A stretch of DNA of 64,000 nucleotides from Oscillospiraceae bacterium (GTDB lineage: Bacteria; Bacillota; Clostridia; Oscillospirales; Acutalibacteraceae), in the NCBI GenBank assembly GCA_015066625.1, contig SVOC01000012.1, forward strand, positions 3,123 to 67,122, in the 5' to 3' direction. Positions 54,711-63,867 of this stretch are shown here, piece after piece. Positions within the stretch are counted from its first letter, which is position 1. Every line of letters starts with the position of its first letter. The position numbers and the translations under genes were made by a program. A model generated the notes under the pieces. The model saw only the letters and a program-made list of their open reading frames with translations, made no database searches and was not told the origin of the DNA.

Positions 54711-55604
54711 ATGTTTTATTCAAACTGGATGTCATATATCAAAGATGATGCAAAAATTACAAAAATCGCAATGCCCGGCTCCCACAACGCCGCAACAATG
54801 GGTATGAACAAGCTTGCAAGATGTCAGGGAGGCTCTCTCTATGCTCAGGCAATGCACGGCGTGCGTATGTTTGATTTAAGGTTCAAAGCCACGAAAAAGG
54901 GAGAACTTATTGCCGCGCACGGCGTTATGAACGGTATGCCCGCAGAGCAGATTTTTGAAAATCTTCAAAGACTTCTGGACAGCACAAACGAATTTTTTGT
55001 TATCGGAATAAGAACATATATGAACCAGGGCTTCGGCCCCATAAAGCTGCATTACAACAGCAACAACAGCGAAACCAGCAGACTTATCCGCAAGTATCTC
55101 AGCCCCGAAAAATATGCACTGACCGACGTTGAAAATATCGGCGGGCTGACTATGGGCGATATCCGCAAATCGGGCAAGAAATACATACTTCTCAACAAAA
55201 ATAAAGAGTATGATTTCACCAGTGACGTGCCTATGCCCGACCCCTGGGATTCCGTTGTTTACGGCTATAAGCCTGAAAAATTTATCAAAGAAATCCAAAA
55301 ATATCTTCGCGAGCCTATGGTTGAGGGCTTTCACTGGTTCCAGACTCAGCAAACACCGAATCTGAACACGGAAAACGGATGGACAAAATGGCCCGACGAC
55401 CTTGACGAACCCGTAAGAGCACTTTTCCCTCAGCTTATTTCGGATATTGCCGCAGACCCGTATATGCTTGAAAAGGTTAACATTGTTGCAGGCGATTTCA
55501 TGAGCCGTGACTACCTTAAAGCAAATCTTATTCTCCGCCTGAATCTTCTCAAAGGCGTTGTAAAAGATGAGCTTGTTGAGGAATATACAAACTTCATAAA
55601 ATGA
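54711..55604 (+). CDS. PI-PLC X-domain-like phosphodiesterase
   Basis: MPGSHNA and MFDLRF motifs. Confidence 0.65.
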   Translation: MFYSNWMSYIKDDAKITKIAMPGSHNAATMGMNKLARCQGGSLYAQAMHGVRMFDLRFKATKKGELIAAHGVMNGMPAEQIFENLQRLLDSTNEFFVIGIRTYMNQGFGPIKLHYNSNNSETSRLIRKYLSPEKYALTDVENIGGLTMGDIRKSGKKYILLNKNKEYDFTSDVPMPDPWDSVVYGYKPEKFIKEIQKYLREPMVEGFHWFQTQQTPNLNTENGWTKWPDDLDEPVRALFPQLISDIAADPYMLEKVNIVAGDFMSRDYLKANLILRLNLLKGVVKDELVEEYTNFIK

Positions 55605-55606
55605 GC

Positions 55607-55634
55607 AAAAGGCGGTCAGCAGACCGCCTTTTCA
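55607..55634 (+). terminator. Rho-independent terminator
   Basis: Hairpin AAAAGGCGGTC-agca-GACCGCCTTTT. Confidence 0.8.
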
Positions 55635-55694
55635 AAATTCACAAAATATCCTATGACAGTTAAAATTAAATTCACACGGAATTAATATTTTGGG

Positions 55695-55812
55695 GGTACG
55701 ATTTAAGCGTACCAAGCAGGAGCCGCAACCTGCAGGGTACATACGCAATACCCCTCCTCAATTCAACCCCATGCAGAAGACGGTGTCCTCGGACACCGTC
55801 TTCTTGCGTTTT
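55695..55812 (+). ncRNA. Candidate orphan small RNA (unclassified)
   Basis: Promoter-like TTAAAA-N17-TAATAT (55660-55688), then a GC-rich ~100-nt segment with several possible stems. It ends in a 13-bp hairpin GAAGACGGTGTCC-tc-GGACACCGTCTTC followed by TTGCGTTTT. No plus-strand ORF with an RBS. Confidence 0.3.
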
Positions 55813-56827
55813 ATCTGAAATCCACATACTGCGAAGTAATATACAGCATCATTATAAATCCGATTATCATTGGAATTGTGAGCACAAATGCTTTCATTTT
55901 TTTGCCCTCGCTGAGTGCGGTAAACGAAGGCATAAGCCTGCGTTTCTTTTTAAGCACAACAAACGCCGCACTGCCTGCAATCGTTACCGCATAAAGTGCC
56001 GCCATTGTTGCATAGTAGACTATATTCAGTGTTTTTTCGTCGGTTATATCCGCAATCATAAACTCCGTTGCAACAGCGTAAAAATTGTTGCAGAAATGAA
56101 TGAGAATGCCCGTCCATATGCTGTTTGTTATGCACACCGCATAGCCGATTCCCACACCTGCAATCAGAGCAAAGGGAGCCTGAATAAGATTGCCGTGAAG
56201 CACTGCAAAAACAAGTGCCGAAGCGAGGATTGCAAACCTGTCGCCGTATCTTCTCAAGGGCTGAAGCACAGCACCTCTGATTGCAAATTCTTCAACCAGT
56301 GCAGGCACAACCGCAACGGAAATCACATATACTAATCTGCCGCCCAAATCCCCGGGCACCGAGTATTCGGGTGAAGAAAGAGTAACTCCTGCAGAATCCA
56401 TCACATTCACAAATACACTTGTAATGTAATTCCCCGCAAGGCACACAAAAAAGCCCAGTGCGGCTGCGGTAATCATCAGCGGAGTGCTTACGGGTTTATT
56501 GAATTTAAAAACATCCGTGCCCGTCTTTTTTTCAAGGTAAAATCCCGCTATGCCAAAAGGTATAAGCAGGCTCAGCACGGAGTAAAATATGGTTATGACG
56601 CTCTGCACCGAAGGGCTTGTGTTATAAAGCTCGCCCAGAGGAGTGAGCAAAATAATGACGGAAATAATATTCTGTATAAGAACATACCCCATAACGCAAA
56701 GCCCCGCCGCATTGCTCAGCAGACGGATATTCTTTTTTTCGTTTTGCTGACGGATGTATAAGTCATATTGAGGATTGTCGTAGCCGTACAAATTCATCAC
56801 CGTTATTTCTTTTTGCAATTCTGCCAA
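55811..56827 (-). CDS. CPBP-family intramembrane glutamic endopeptidase
   Basis: EEFAIRG, FAVLHGN and HFCNN motifs, and polytopic. The start is uncertain (TTG 56827 or ATG 56797). Confidence 0.8.
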   Translation of the reverse strand: MAELQKEITVMNLYGYDNPQYDLYIRQQNEKKNIRLLSNAAGLCVMGYVLIQNIISVIILLTPLGELYNTSPSVQSVITIFYSVLSLLIPFGIAGFYLEKKTGTDVFKFNKPVSTPLMITAAALGFFVCLAGNYITSVFVNVMDSAGVTLSSPEYSVPGDLGGRLVYVISVAVVPALVEEFAIRGAVLQPLRRYGDRFAILASALVFAVLHGNLIQAPFALIAGVGIGYAVCITNSIWTGILIHFCNNFYAVATEFMIADITDEKTLNIVYYATMAALYAVTIAGSAAFVVLKKKRRLMPSFTALSEGKKMKAFVLTIPMIIGFIMMLYITSQYVDFR

Positions 56828-56953
56828 TTTTTTTATTATTATACCGCAATTTTCTATGACTTACAAGGTAAAAAAGTAAACTAACTGTTAAAAAGTTGTT
56901 GTAATATGCTCATTTATAGTGTAAAATGTAAAGATATACAGGAGGATGAATAC

Positions 56954-59359
56954 ATGGCAATTACCAAAACTCAGCTTGAAGAAATGATTTCTTCAAAGCT
57001 TTCACACTTTTTCGGCGTTTCACCCAAGGACGCTACCAACGAGCAGTTTTACCGTGCTCTTTCAATAATCGTGAGGGATATGGTAAGGGATTCACGCAGA
57101 GAGTTTGACAAGGCTTCAAACGAAAAGGGTCAGAAGAAGGTTTATTACCTCTGCATGGAATTTCTTATGGGCAGGGCCCTCAAAAACACCCTTTATAACC
57201 TTAATCTTACCGAAACCGCAAGAGAAGCCCTTGCCTCATTCGGCGTAAAGCTTGACAAACTCTATGACTGCGAGCCCGACGCAGGTCTGGGCAACGGCGG
57301 TCTTGGCAGACTTGCCGCCTGCTATCTCGATGCCCTTGCAAATCAGGGCTACTGCGGTATGGGCTACTCAATTCTTTACGAATACGGTATTTTCAGACAG
57401 AAAATCATTGAAGGCTGGCAGACCGAAATGCCCGATTTCTGGCTTCCCGGCGGCGAAGTATGGCTTGTACCCAGAGAAGACAAAATCGTTGAAGTCAAGT
57501 TTGAAGGCGAAGTTATTGACAGCTGGGAAGGTCCCTTCCATCAGGTTGAGCTCGTAAACTGCAAAACCGTAAAGGCTGTGCCCTACGATATGATGGTTGC
57601 AGGCAAGGACGGTAAAGGTGCCGCAGTGCTCCGCCTCTGGAGTGCAAAGGTTGACGGCATTGATATGGCAATGTTCAATCAGGGCGATTATATGCGTGCC
57701 ATGGAAGAAAAGGCAATGGCAGAGGTTATCAGCAAGGTGCTTTACCCTGCGGATAATCATCAGGAAGGCAAAAGTCTGCGCCTTCGTCAGCAGTATTTCC
57801 TTGTTTCCGCTTCGGTGCAGGATATCGTTGCACGCCATCTCAGGCACTACGGTTCACTTGAAAACTTTGCAGAAAAGAACGCAATTCACATCAACGATAC
57901 ACACCCCACAATGGCAATCCCCGAGCTTATGAGAATTCTGCTTGACGAATGCGGCTACGGCTGGGACGATGCATTCAGAATTGTTGAAGAATGCTGTGCA
58001 TACACCAACCACACCGTTATGGCGGAAGCTCTCGAATGCTGGGGCGAGGACCTCTTTAAGCGCCTTCTTCCCCGTATTTATCAGATTGTCAAGGAAATTG
58101 ACAACAGATTCAGAAAGAAAATCTGGGATGCAACAGGCGATGCGGGCAGAGTTGAAAGAATGGCTGTTATTTCGGGCGGTGCCGTCAGAATGGCTAACCT
58201 CTGCGTTGCCGTATGTCACAAGGTAAACGGTGTTTCAGCCCTTCACAGTCAGATTCTCAAGGATACCGTATTCAACGAATTCTATACCCTTGAGCCCGAT
58301 AAATTCACAAATGTCACCAACGGCATCGCACACCGCCGCTGGCTTTGTCAGGCTAATCCCCGTCTTGCTTCAATGCTTACCGACCTTATCGGCGACGGCT
58401 TTGTTTATGACGCAAGCGAGCTTGAAAAACTTAAAGCATATTCGGGCGATGTAGGTGTACTTTCCGAACTCCGCAGAATCAAAACCGCAAACAAAGAGGA
58501 TTTTGCAAAGCTTGTTATGAAGAAAACAGGCATCAGCCTTGACCCCTCATCCATTTTTGATGTTCAGGTAAAACGTCTGCACGAATACAAGCGTCAGAAT
58601 CTCAACGCTCTCAACATTCTTGCAAAATACCTTGAAATAAAAGCTGACCCCAACGGTAACCATACTCCTCACACCTACATTTTCGGTGCGAAGGCAGCCC
58701 CCGGTTACTATATGGCAAAGAAAATCATTGAGTTCATCTGCACTCTTGCGGATGTTATCAACAACGACCCCGGTGTAAATAACCTTCTCAAAGTTGTCTA
58801 CATGGAGGATTACAACGTTACAATGGCAGAGGCACTTATGCCTGCCGCCGATATCAGCGAGCAGATTTCCCTTGCAGGCACGGAAGCCAGCGGCACGGGC
58901 AATATGAAGCTTATGATTAACGGCGCAATCACTCTGGGCACAATGGACGGCGCAAACGTTGAAATTTACGATGCCGTCGGTGCCGAGAACATTCTTATTT
59001 TCGGCATGAGCACACCCGAGGTGAACGAGCTTAAAAAATCAGGCTACCATCCTCAGAATTATTACAATAACAGCGCGGAAATCAGCAACATTATCAACTT
59101 CATCAACAAGGGCTTCGGCGGCAAGAATTTCAGCGAAATCGGCAATGTAATCGCAAACCACGACCCCTATATGGTGCTTGCTGACTTTGCGGATTACAGA
59201 AATATTCAGAGGCTTGCGGAAGAGATATGGCACGACACAGCCCGTTGGAACACAATGTCACTTATGAACATTGCAGGTGCAGGCGTGTTTGCGGCTGACC
59301 GTTCAATCAACGATTATGCAAGAGATATCTGGCACGTTGAAAAGCTTAATTTAAGATAA
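56954..59359 (+). CDS. glgP: Glycogen/alpha-glucan phosphorylase
   Basis: GLGNGGLGRLAAC and the PLP-lysine motif EASGTGNMK. Start at ATG 56954 after an AGGAGG RBS. Confidence 0.95.
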   Translation: MAITKTQLEEMISSKLSHFFGVSPKDATNEQFYRALSIIVRDMVRDSRREFDKASNEKGQKKVYYLCMEFLMGRALKNTLYNLNLTETAREALASFGVKLDKLYDCEPDAGLGNGGLGRLAACYLDALANQGYCGMGYSILYEYGIFRQKIIEGWQTEMPDFWLPGGEVWLVPREDKIVEVKFEGEVIDSWEGPFHQVELVNCKTVKAVPYDMMVAGKDGKGAAVLRLWSAKVDGIDMAMFNQGDYMRAMEEKAMAEVISKVLYPADNHQEGKSLRLRQQYFLVSASVQDIVARHLRHYGSLENFAEKNAIHINDTHPTMAIPELMRILLDECGYGWDDAFRIVEECCAYTNHTVMAEALECWGEDLFKRLLPRIYQIVKEIDNRFRKKIWDATGDAGRVERMAVISGGAVRMANLCVAVCHKVNGVSALHSQILKDTVFNEFYTLEPDKFTNVTNGIAHRRWLCQANPRLASMLTDLIGDGFVYDASELEKLKAYSGDVGVLSELRRIKTANKEDFAKLVMKKTGISLDPSSIFDVQVKRLHEYKRQNLNALNILAKYLEIKADPNGNHTPHTYIFGAKAAPGYYMAKKIIEFICTLADVINNDPGVNNLLKVVYMEDYNVTMAEALMPAADISEQISLAGTEASGTGNMKLMINGAITLGTMDGANVEIYDAVGAENILIFGMSTPEVNELKKSGYHPQNYYNNSAEISNIINFINKGFGGKNFSEIGNVIANHDPYMVLADFADYRNIQRLAEEIWHDTARWNTMSLMNIAGAGVFAADRSINDYARDIWHVEKLNLR

Positions 59360-59407
59360 TAATTTTGCAAAGGGCGGCTTTTCAAGTCGCCCTTTTGGGA
59401 TGATGTT

Positions 59408-59869
59408 ATGACCGACAAAGATTTTATGACGATTGCAATTGAACAGGCAAAGCTTGCCGCCGACGAGCTTGAAGTGCCCGTGGGTGCGGTTATCGTGCGT
59501 AACGGCGAGGTTGTTTCCGTAGGAAGAAACCGCCGTGAAAACGGCAAAAACGCCCTTGCCCACGCCGAAATCGAGGCAATCGACCTTGCCTGTAAAAAGC
59601 TTGGCGGCTGGCGGCTGTGGGAATGCGAAATGTATGTTACCCTTGAACCCTGCCCTATGTGCACGGGCGCAATCATCAATTCCCGTCTGCGCCGTGTGGT
59701 ATACGGTGCATCGGATTACAAGGCAGGCTCCTGCGGTTCGGTCGTGAATCTTTTTGATCTGCCCTATAACCATAAGCCTGAGCTGGTAAGCGGCTTTATG
59801 GCGGATGAATGTGCCGCACTGCTTTCGGAATTCTTTGCAAATCTGAGGAAGCGTAAAAATGAAAAATAA
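59408..59869 (+). CDS. tadA: tRNA adenosine(34) deaminase
   Basis: HAEIEAI and PCPMCTGAI zinc motifs. 153 aa. Confidence 0.9.
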   Translation: MTDKDFMTIAIEQAKLAADELEVPVGAVIVRNGEVVSVGRNRRENGKNALAHAEIEAIDLACKKLGGWRLWECEMYVTLEPCPMCTGAIINSRLRRVVYGASDYKAGSCGSVVNLFDLPYNHKPELVSGFMADECAALLSEFFANLRKRKNEK

Positions 59870-60242
59870 GCTGAGAATTACATATATAATCATCTTCATT
59901 CTGCTTCTTGCGGCAGAAATTTTCATCGGTGCATTTGTTGACGATTCATTTATCCGACCCTATATGGGCGATGTGCTGGCGGTAATGCTCATATGTGCTT
60001 CCTTACGCATTTTCTTTACGGAAAAGCCGAAGCTTCTGCCGCTTTACACTACCCTTTTTGCGGTTGCTGTTGAAGTTTTGCAGTATTTTGATTTTGTGAA
60101 GCTTCTCGGTCTTGAAGGAAACAAAATCATAAGCATTGCCCTGGGCAGAACCTTTGACGTTAAAGATATTATCTGTTACGTTGCAGGCGGAATTATATTT
60201 TTTGCCGCAGAACAAATAAGGAGGAAAGGAAATGACCGCTGA
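59859..60242 (+). CDS. DUF2809-like small membrane protein
   Basis: 127 aa with four hydrophobic segments. Overlaps both neighbouring genes by 11 nt. Confidence 0.55.
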   Translation: MKNKLRITYIIIFILLLAAEIFIGAFVDDSFIRPYMGDVLAVMLICASLRIFFTEKPKLLPLYTTLFAVAVEVLQYFDFVKLLGLEGNKIISIALGRTFDVKDIICYVAGGIIFFAAEQIRRKGNDR

Positions 60243-60888
60243 AAACATACTTTTTGCCATTGAAATAATCGGTACGGTTGCTTTTGCAATAACCGGTGTT
60301 ATCACCGCACTTGAAAAGAAATTTGATATTTTCGGTGCACTTGTGCTTGGCACGGTAACTGCTGTGGGCGGCGGTATAGTCCGTGACCTTATTCTGGGAT
60401 ACACTCCCCCTATGGCATTCCGCAAATCCGTTTATGCCATAACCGCGGTTATAACCTCTCTTGGGGTTTTTGTCATTGCATATTTCTTCGGCAGAAAAAT
60501 CAAAAAACACTACAATGTTTATTCTCAGGTAATCAACGTTTTCGATTCAATCGGTCTTTCCGTTTTTGTTGTTGGCGGTGTCAACAGTGCGATTGCCTGC
60601 GGATTCGGCGAGAATATGTTCCTTTCTGTTTTTGTTGCCGCTCTCACAGGTGTTGGCGGCGGCGTTATGCGCGACATAATGGCAGGCAGAGTACCCAAAA
60701 TTCTCCGCAAAAGGGTTTACGCCCTTGCCGCCATAATCGGTGCGGTTATCTATTATCTGTTGTATTATTATGAAATCTGCTCCCCTGCTGTTTCGGTTGT
60801 TATCGGTGCAGGGTCAGTGCTCATAATCCGTATTCTGGCAACAATATTCCGGTGGAATTTACCCACTGTCAATAATCTTGATGAATAA
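60232..60888 (+). CDS. TRIC/UPF0126-family cation channel protein
   Basis: Internal duplication with two GGG(I/V)(V/M)RD motifs (GGGIVRDL, GGGVMRDI). Confidence 0.8.
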   Translation: MTAENILFAIEIIGTVAFAITGVITALEKKFDIFGALVLGTVTAVGGGIVRDLILGYTPPMAFRKSVYAITAVITSLGVFVIAYFFGRKIKKHYNVYSQVINVFDSIGLSVFVVGGVNSAIACGFGENMFLSVFVAALTGVGGGVMRDIMAGRVPKILRKRVYALAAIIGAVIYYLLYYYEICSPAVSVVIGAGSVLIIRILATIFRWNLPTVNNLDE

Positions 60889-60895
60889 AAAAATA

Positions 60896-60937
60896 ACGGA
60901 TTGCATCGGAACTCTCCTTTGCAATCCGTATTTTTTA
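60896..60937. terminator. Bidirectional terminator
   Basis: Hairpin ACGGATTGCA-loop-TGCAATCCGT flanked by an A-run and a T-run. Located between convergent genes. Confidence 0.75.
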
Positions 60938-62689
60938 TGCCTTGATTTTATAAATATTTCCGTATTCCTTGTAGAGGTTTTCGAATTCCTTGTTGTGCAC
61001 ATCCTTGACGGTTTCAAGGTATTCGTGAGCCCCAAATGTACCGTGACCCGATTCGATAACCGCAACGGCAACGTTTGAACAGTGGTCCGAAACTCTTTCG
61101 TAGTTGGTCAGCAGATCGCTGAGCACAAAGCCGAGCTGAATGGTGCAGTTGCCGCCTCTGAGCCTTGTGATGTGGTTGCGCTTGACATCCATAATAAGGT
61201 CGTCGATAACCTGCTCAAGAGGTTCAACCCTTTTGGCAAGCTCAACATTGTTGCCCCTGAATGCCTCCGAGGTGATTTTCATAATCTCGGCAATGGCCTG
61301 CGTGAGCACTGCAATCTCCGCATTTGCTTCGTTGGAGAATACGATTTCTTTTTCGTGCATTTCCTTTGCAACGCCCAGAAGGTTAACAGCGTGGTCGCCG
61401 ATACGCTCAAAATCGTCAATGGTGTGCAGGATTTTCGCTATGCTTCTTGAATCGCTTTCCGAAACGCCGATTTTTGAAAGTCGCATCATATATGTGCCAA
61501 GCTTATCCTCAAATCTGTCAATTTCATTTTCCGCTTCAAGAATTTCATCGGCGGTTTTGCCGTCGTATTTTCCAAGCAGAACCATAGCCTTTCCGAAAGC
61601 ATCTTCCGAAAGAACACACATATCCCTGACAACATCAAGTGATTTTTCAACCGCAACGGTAGGAACTGCAAGCAAACGCTCATCAAGAACAACATCAAGC
61701 TGATGCTTTTCTTCCTTATCGGGAATAATTTTATTTGCAAGCTTTTCAAGCTGCTTTGAGAAGGGCAGAAGAATTGCGGTTGTTACAACATTGAATATTG
61801 TATGCACAATAGCAATCATAAAAGGAGTTATCGCCGTATCAATAAAAGCCCACTTGAATATCATATTGCCCACTGCGAAAGGAATAAGGCAGATAAGTGT
61901 GCCGAATATATTGAATGAGAGATGCACAACGGCAACCTTTTTTGCATTGCGGCTGACGCCTATGCTTGAAATAACCGCAGTAACGCAGGTGCCGATATTC
62001 TGACCCATAATTATGGGAATTGCGATGCCGTATGTGATTCCGCCCGTCATTGAAAGTGCCTGCAAAATGGCAACGGATGCGGCGGAGCTCTGAATAACAC
62101 CCGTAAACACGGCACCGACTGCAACGGAAAGCAGAGGATTCTTAAATGCGGTAAGAATGCTTGCAAATTCAGGCATTTCGCCCAGAGGCTCCATAGCACC
62201 CGACATAAGATTCATACCGAACATCAGCACAGAAAAGCCTACAAGCACACTGCCTATATCCTTGCGTTTTTCCTTTTTGCCCACCATAATCATAAGTATG
62301 CCGATAAACGCAAGAACGGGCGAGAAATTGGAGGGCTTCAGCAGATTGACCCATACGATGTCGCTGTCGATACCCGCAAGGCTGAGAATCCAAGCGGTGA
62401 GAGTTGTTCCTATATTTGAACCCATAAGCACGCCGATGGTCTGACCGAATTCAAGTATGCCTGAGTTTACAAGACCCACAAGCATAACCGTAACTGCCGA
62501 TGACGACTGCACGGCAATGGTCATTCCCGCACCGAAAAGCATTGCAATAAATCGGTTTTGAGTAACTTTTTTAAGGTTTTTATTAAGACTTCCGCCTGAG
62601 GATTTTTCAAGCCCGTCGGACATAACCTTCATTCCGTAAAGAAAAAAGGCAAGTCCGCCGAAAAGCGTTATGATTGAAAAAACATCCAT
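60935..62689 (-). CDS. Na/Pi cotransporter family protein with PhoU-like C-terminal domains
   Basis: NptA-type N-terminal membrane domain (FLYGMKVMSDGL) and a soluble PhoU-like repeat region. Start at ATG 62689 after an AAGGAG RBS. Confidence 0.85.
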   Translation of the reverse strand: MDVFSIITLFGGLAFFLYGMKVMSDGLEKSSGGSLNKNLKKVTQNRFIAMLFGAGMTIAVQSSSAVTVMLVGLVNSGILEFGQTIGVLMGSNIGTTLTAWILSLAGIDSDIVWVNLLKPSNFSPVLAFIGILMIMVGKKEKRKDIGSVLVGFSVLMFGMNLMSGAMEPLGEMPEFASILTAFKNPLLSVAVGAVFTGVIQSSAASVAILQALSMTGGITYGIAIPIIMGQNIGTCVTAVISSIGVSRNAKKVAVVHLSFNIFGTLICLIPFAVGNMIFKWAFIDTAITPFMIAIVHTIFNVVTTAILLPFSKQLEKLANKIIPDKEEKHQLDVVLDERLLAVPTVAVEKSLDVVRDMCVLSEDAFGKAMVLLGKYDGKTADEILEAENEIDRFEDKLGTYMMRLSKIGVSESDSRSIAKILHTIDDFERIGDHAVNLLGVAKEMHEKEIVFSNEANAEIAVLTQAIAEIMKITSEAFRGNNVELAKRVEPLEQVIDDLIMDVKRNHITRLRGGNCTIQLGFVLSDLLTNYERVSDHCSNVAVAVIESGHGTFGAHEYLETVKDVHNKEFENLYKEYGNIYKIKA

Positions 62690-62780
62690 AGAAACTTCTC
62701 CTTTCGTCAAATTGCAACGGAGTACGTTTCATTATAACACATACTGATAAAAAATACAGTGTTTTTTGAAAAAATATGCA

Positions 62781-62812
62781 AAAAGCTCCGAAGCCTGAGC
62801 CTCGGAGCTTTT
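62781..62812 (-). terminator. Rho-independent terminator
   Basis: Hairpin AAAAGCTCCGAGGC-tcag-GCTTCGGAGCTTTT followed by a T-run on the minus strand. Confidence 0.8.
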
Positions 62813-62822
62813 GTCTTTTGAT

Positions 62823-63629
62823 TTATCTTGCGTAGTCGCCGACCTTCATCATATAGTCGCCGATCTGTGCGCCGAATTCGGGTGCACCGTCCATGATAAG
62901 CTTGCTGTCCTTAGTGAATTCAAGCATATCTGCTGTGCCCATAAGAATACCGAGTGCACTGTCAAGGCAGTCAAATCTCATTGTGAAGAAGGGAAGAGCA
63001 CGCTTGTAAACGCCTCTGCCTGCCTTTGACTTACCTGCCTTGATGCGGATGTAAGCGGAGATATCGGGATATCCGTCAACTGCCCAGGCATAAACTCTGT
63101 CGGGGCTTGAAAGAGTCCATCTGTGAATCTCCTCGTGACCGTTCTTGTTGAGTGTGCTGATACCGCTTGAAAGCAGGTAGAAATAGCACTTGACAAGAAG
63201 CTTTTTATCTTCTTCCGCCTCGGGAGCCACTGTTGCGGTAAGCATTGATGACATTTTGAGAAGAGTCATCATAAACGCCGCAAAAACAGCAGGCTTCTTT
63301 GTAACGCCCTTCATTTTGGGAAGGGTTGATGGTCCTATTTTTCCTTTGAAGAATGCGTTCATCTGCTCAATGCTCTTGAATTCAAGCTCAATGTGAGCAT
63401 TATCCGCAACCTTGTCTGTATGGCAAAGCCACTCGCCGCTGTTAACAACATAGTGTGTTGCAAACTTACCTTCGGGAGCGTCGGGGTCTTTTGCACTTAC
63501 CTGAATAACCGCATGAGCGTGCTCAAACTTTTTGGCAAGCTTGGGGTCATCCATAGCAATGGTCTTGACAAGGGGAAGAACGGCACAAAGGAAAATTTTA
63601 TTGGTTAAAATGTCTTCTCTTGAAGCCAT
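62823..63629 (-). CDS. Hypothetical protein
   Basis: 268 aa when started at ATG 63629. No family recognised with confidence. Confidence 0.5.
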   Translation of the reverse strand: MASREDILTNKIFLCAVLPLVKTIAMDDPKLAKKFEHAHAVIQVSAKDPDAPEGKFATHYVVNSGEWLCHTDKVADNAHIELEFKSIEQMNAFFKGKIGPSTLPKMKGVTKKPAVFAAFMMTLLKMSSMLTATVAPEAEEDKKLLVKCYFYLLSSGISTLNKNGHEEIHRWTLSSPDRVYAWAVDGYPDISAYIRIKAGKSKAGRGVYKRALPFFTMRFDCLDSALGILMGTADMLEFTKDSKLIMDGAPEFGAQIGDYMMKVGDYAR

Positions 63630-63673
63630 ATAAATCATTCCTTTCAAAACTGATAGTGCGGATTCTATGTGGG

Positions 63674-63844
63674 TCAGAACGCTGCAAAAACTTGCTCCAA
63701 CAAGCCTGAAATACCTTCAATAGCCTGCGGAATAACATCCAGATACATTTTTATGAATTGTGAAAGGGTTTCAAAATCACCAATCATAATGAGTTCAAAT
63801 ATCTGCAAAATTGTTGCCAAGGTCAGCATCGTTGTAAATCCCAT
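63674..63844 (-). CDS. 56-aa small protein (hypothetical; below the ORF-track cutoff)
   Basis: Encodes MGFTTMLTLATILQIFELIMIGDFETLSQFIKMYLDVIPQAIEGISGLLEQVFAAF. GGAGG RBS 7 nt upstream. Ends 44 nt upstream of the next gene. Confidence 0.45.
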   Translation of the reverse strand: MGFTTMLTLATILQIFELIMIGDFETLSQFIKMYLDVIPQAIEGISGLLEQVFAAF

Positions 63845-63867
63845 AATTGTACCTCCATTTCAGAAAG

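Noticed and set aside
59351-59926. 191-aa minus-strand ORF.
   Set aside because: It is antisense to tadA, whose HAE and PCxxC zinc motifs are unambiguous. It has no RBS.
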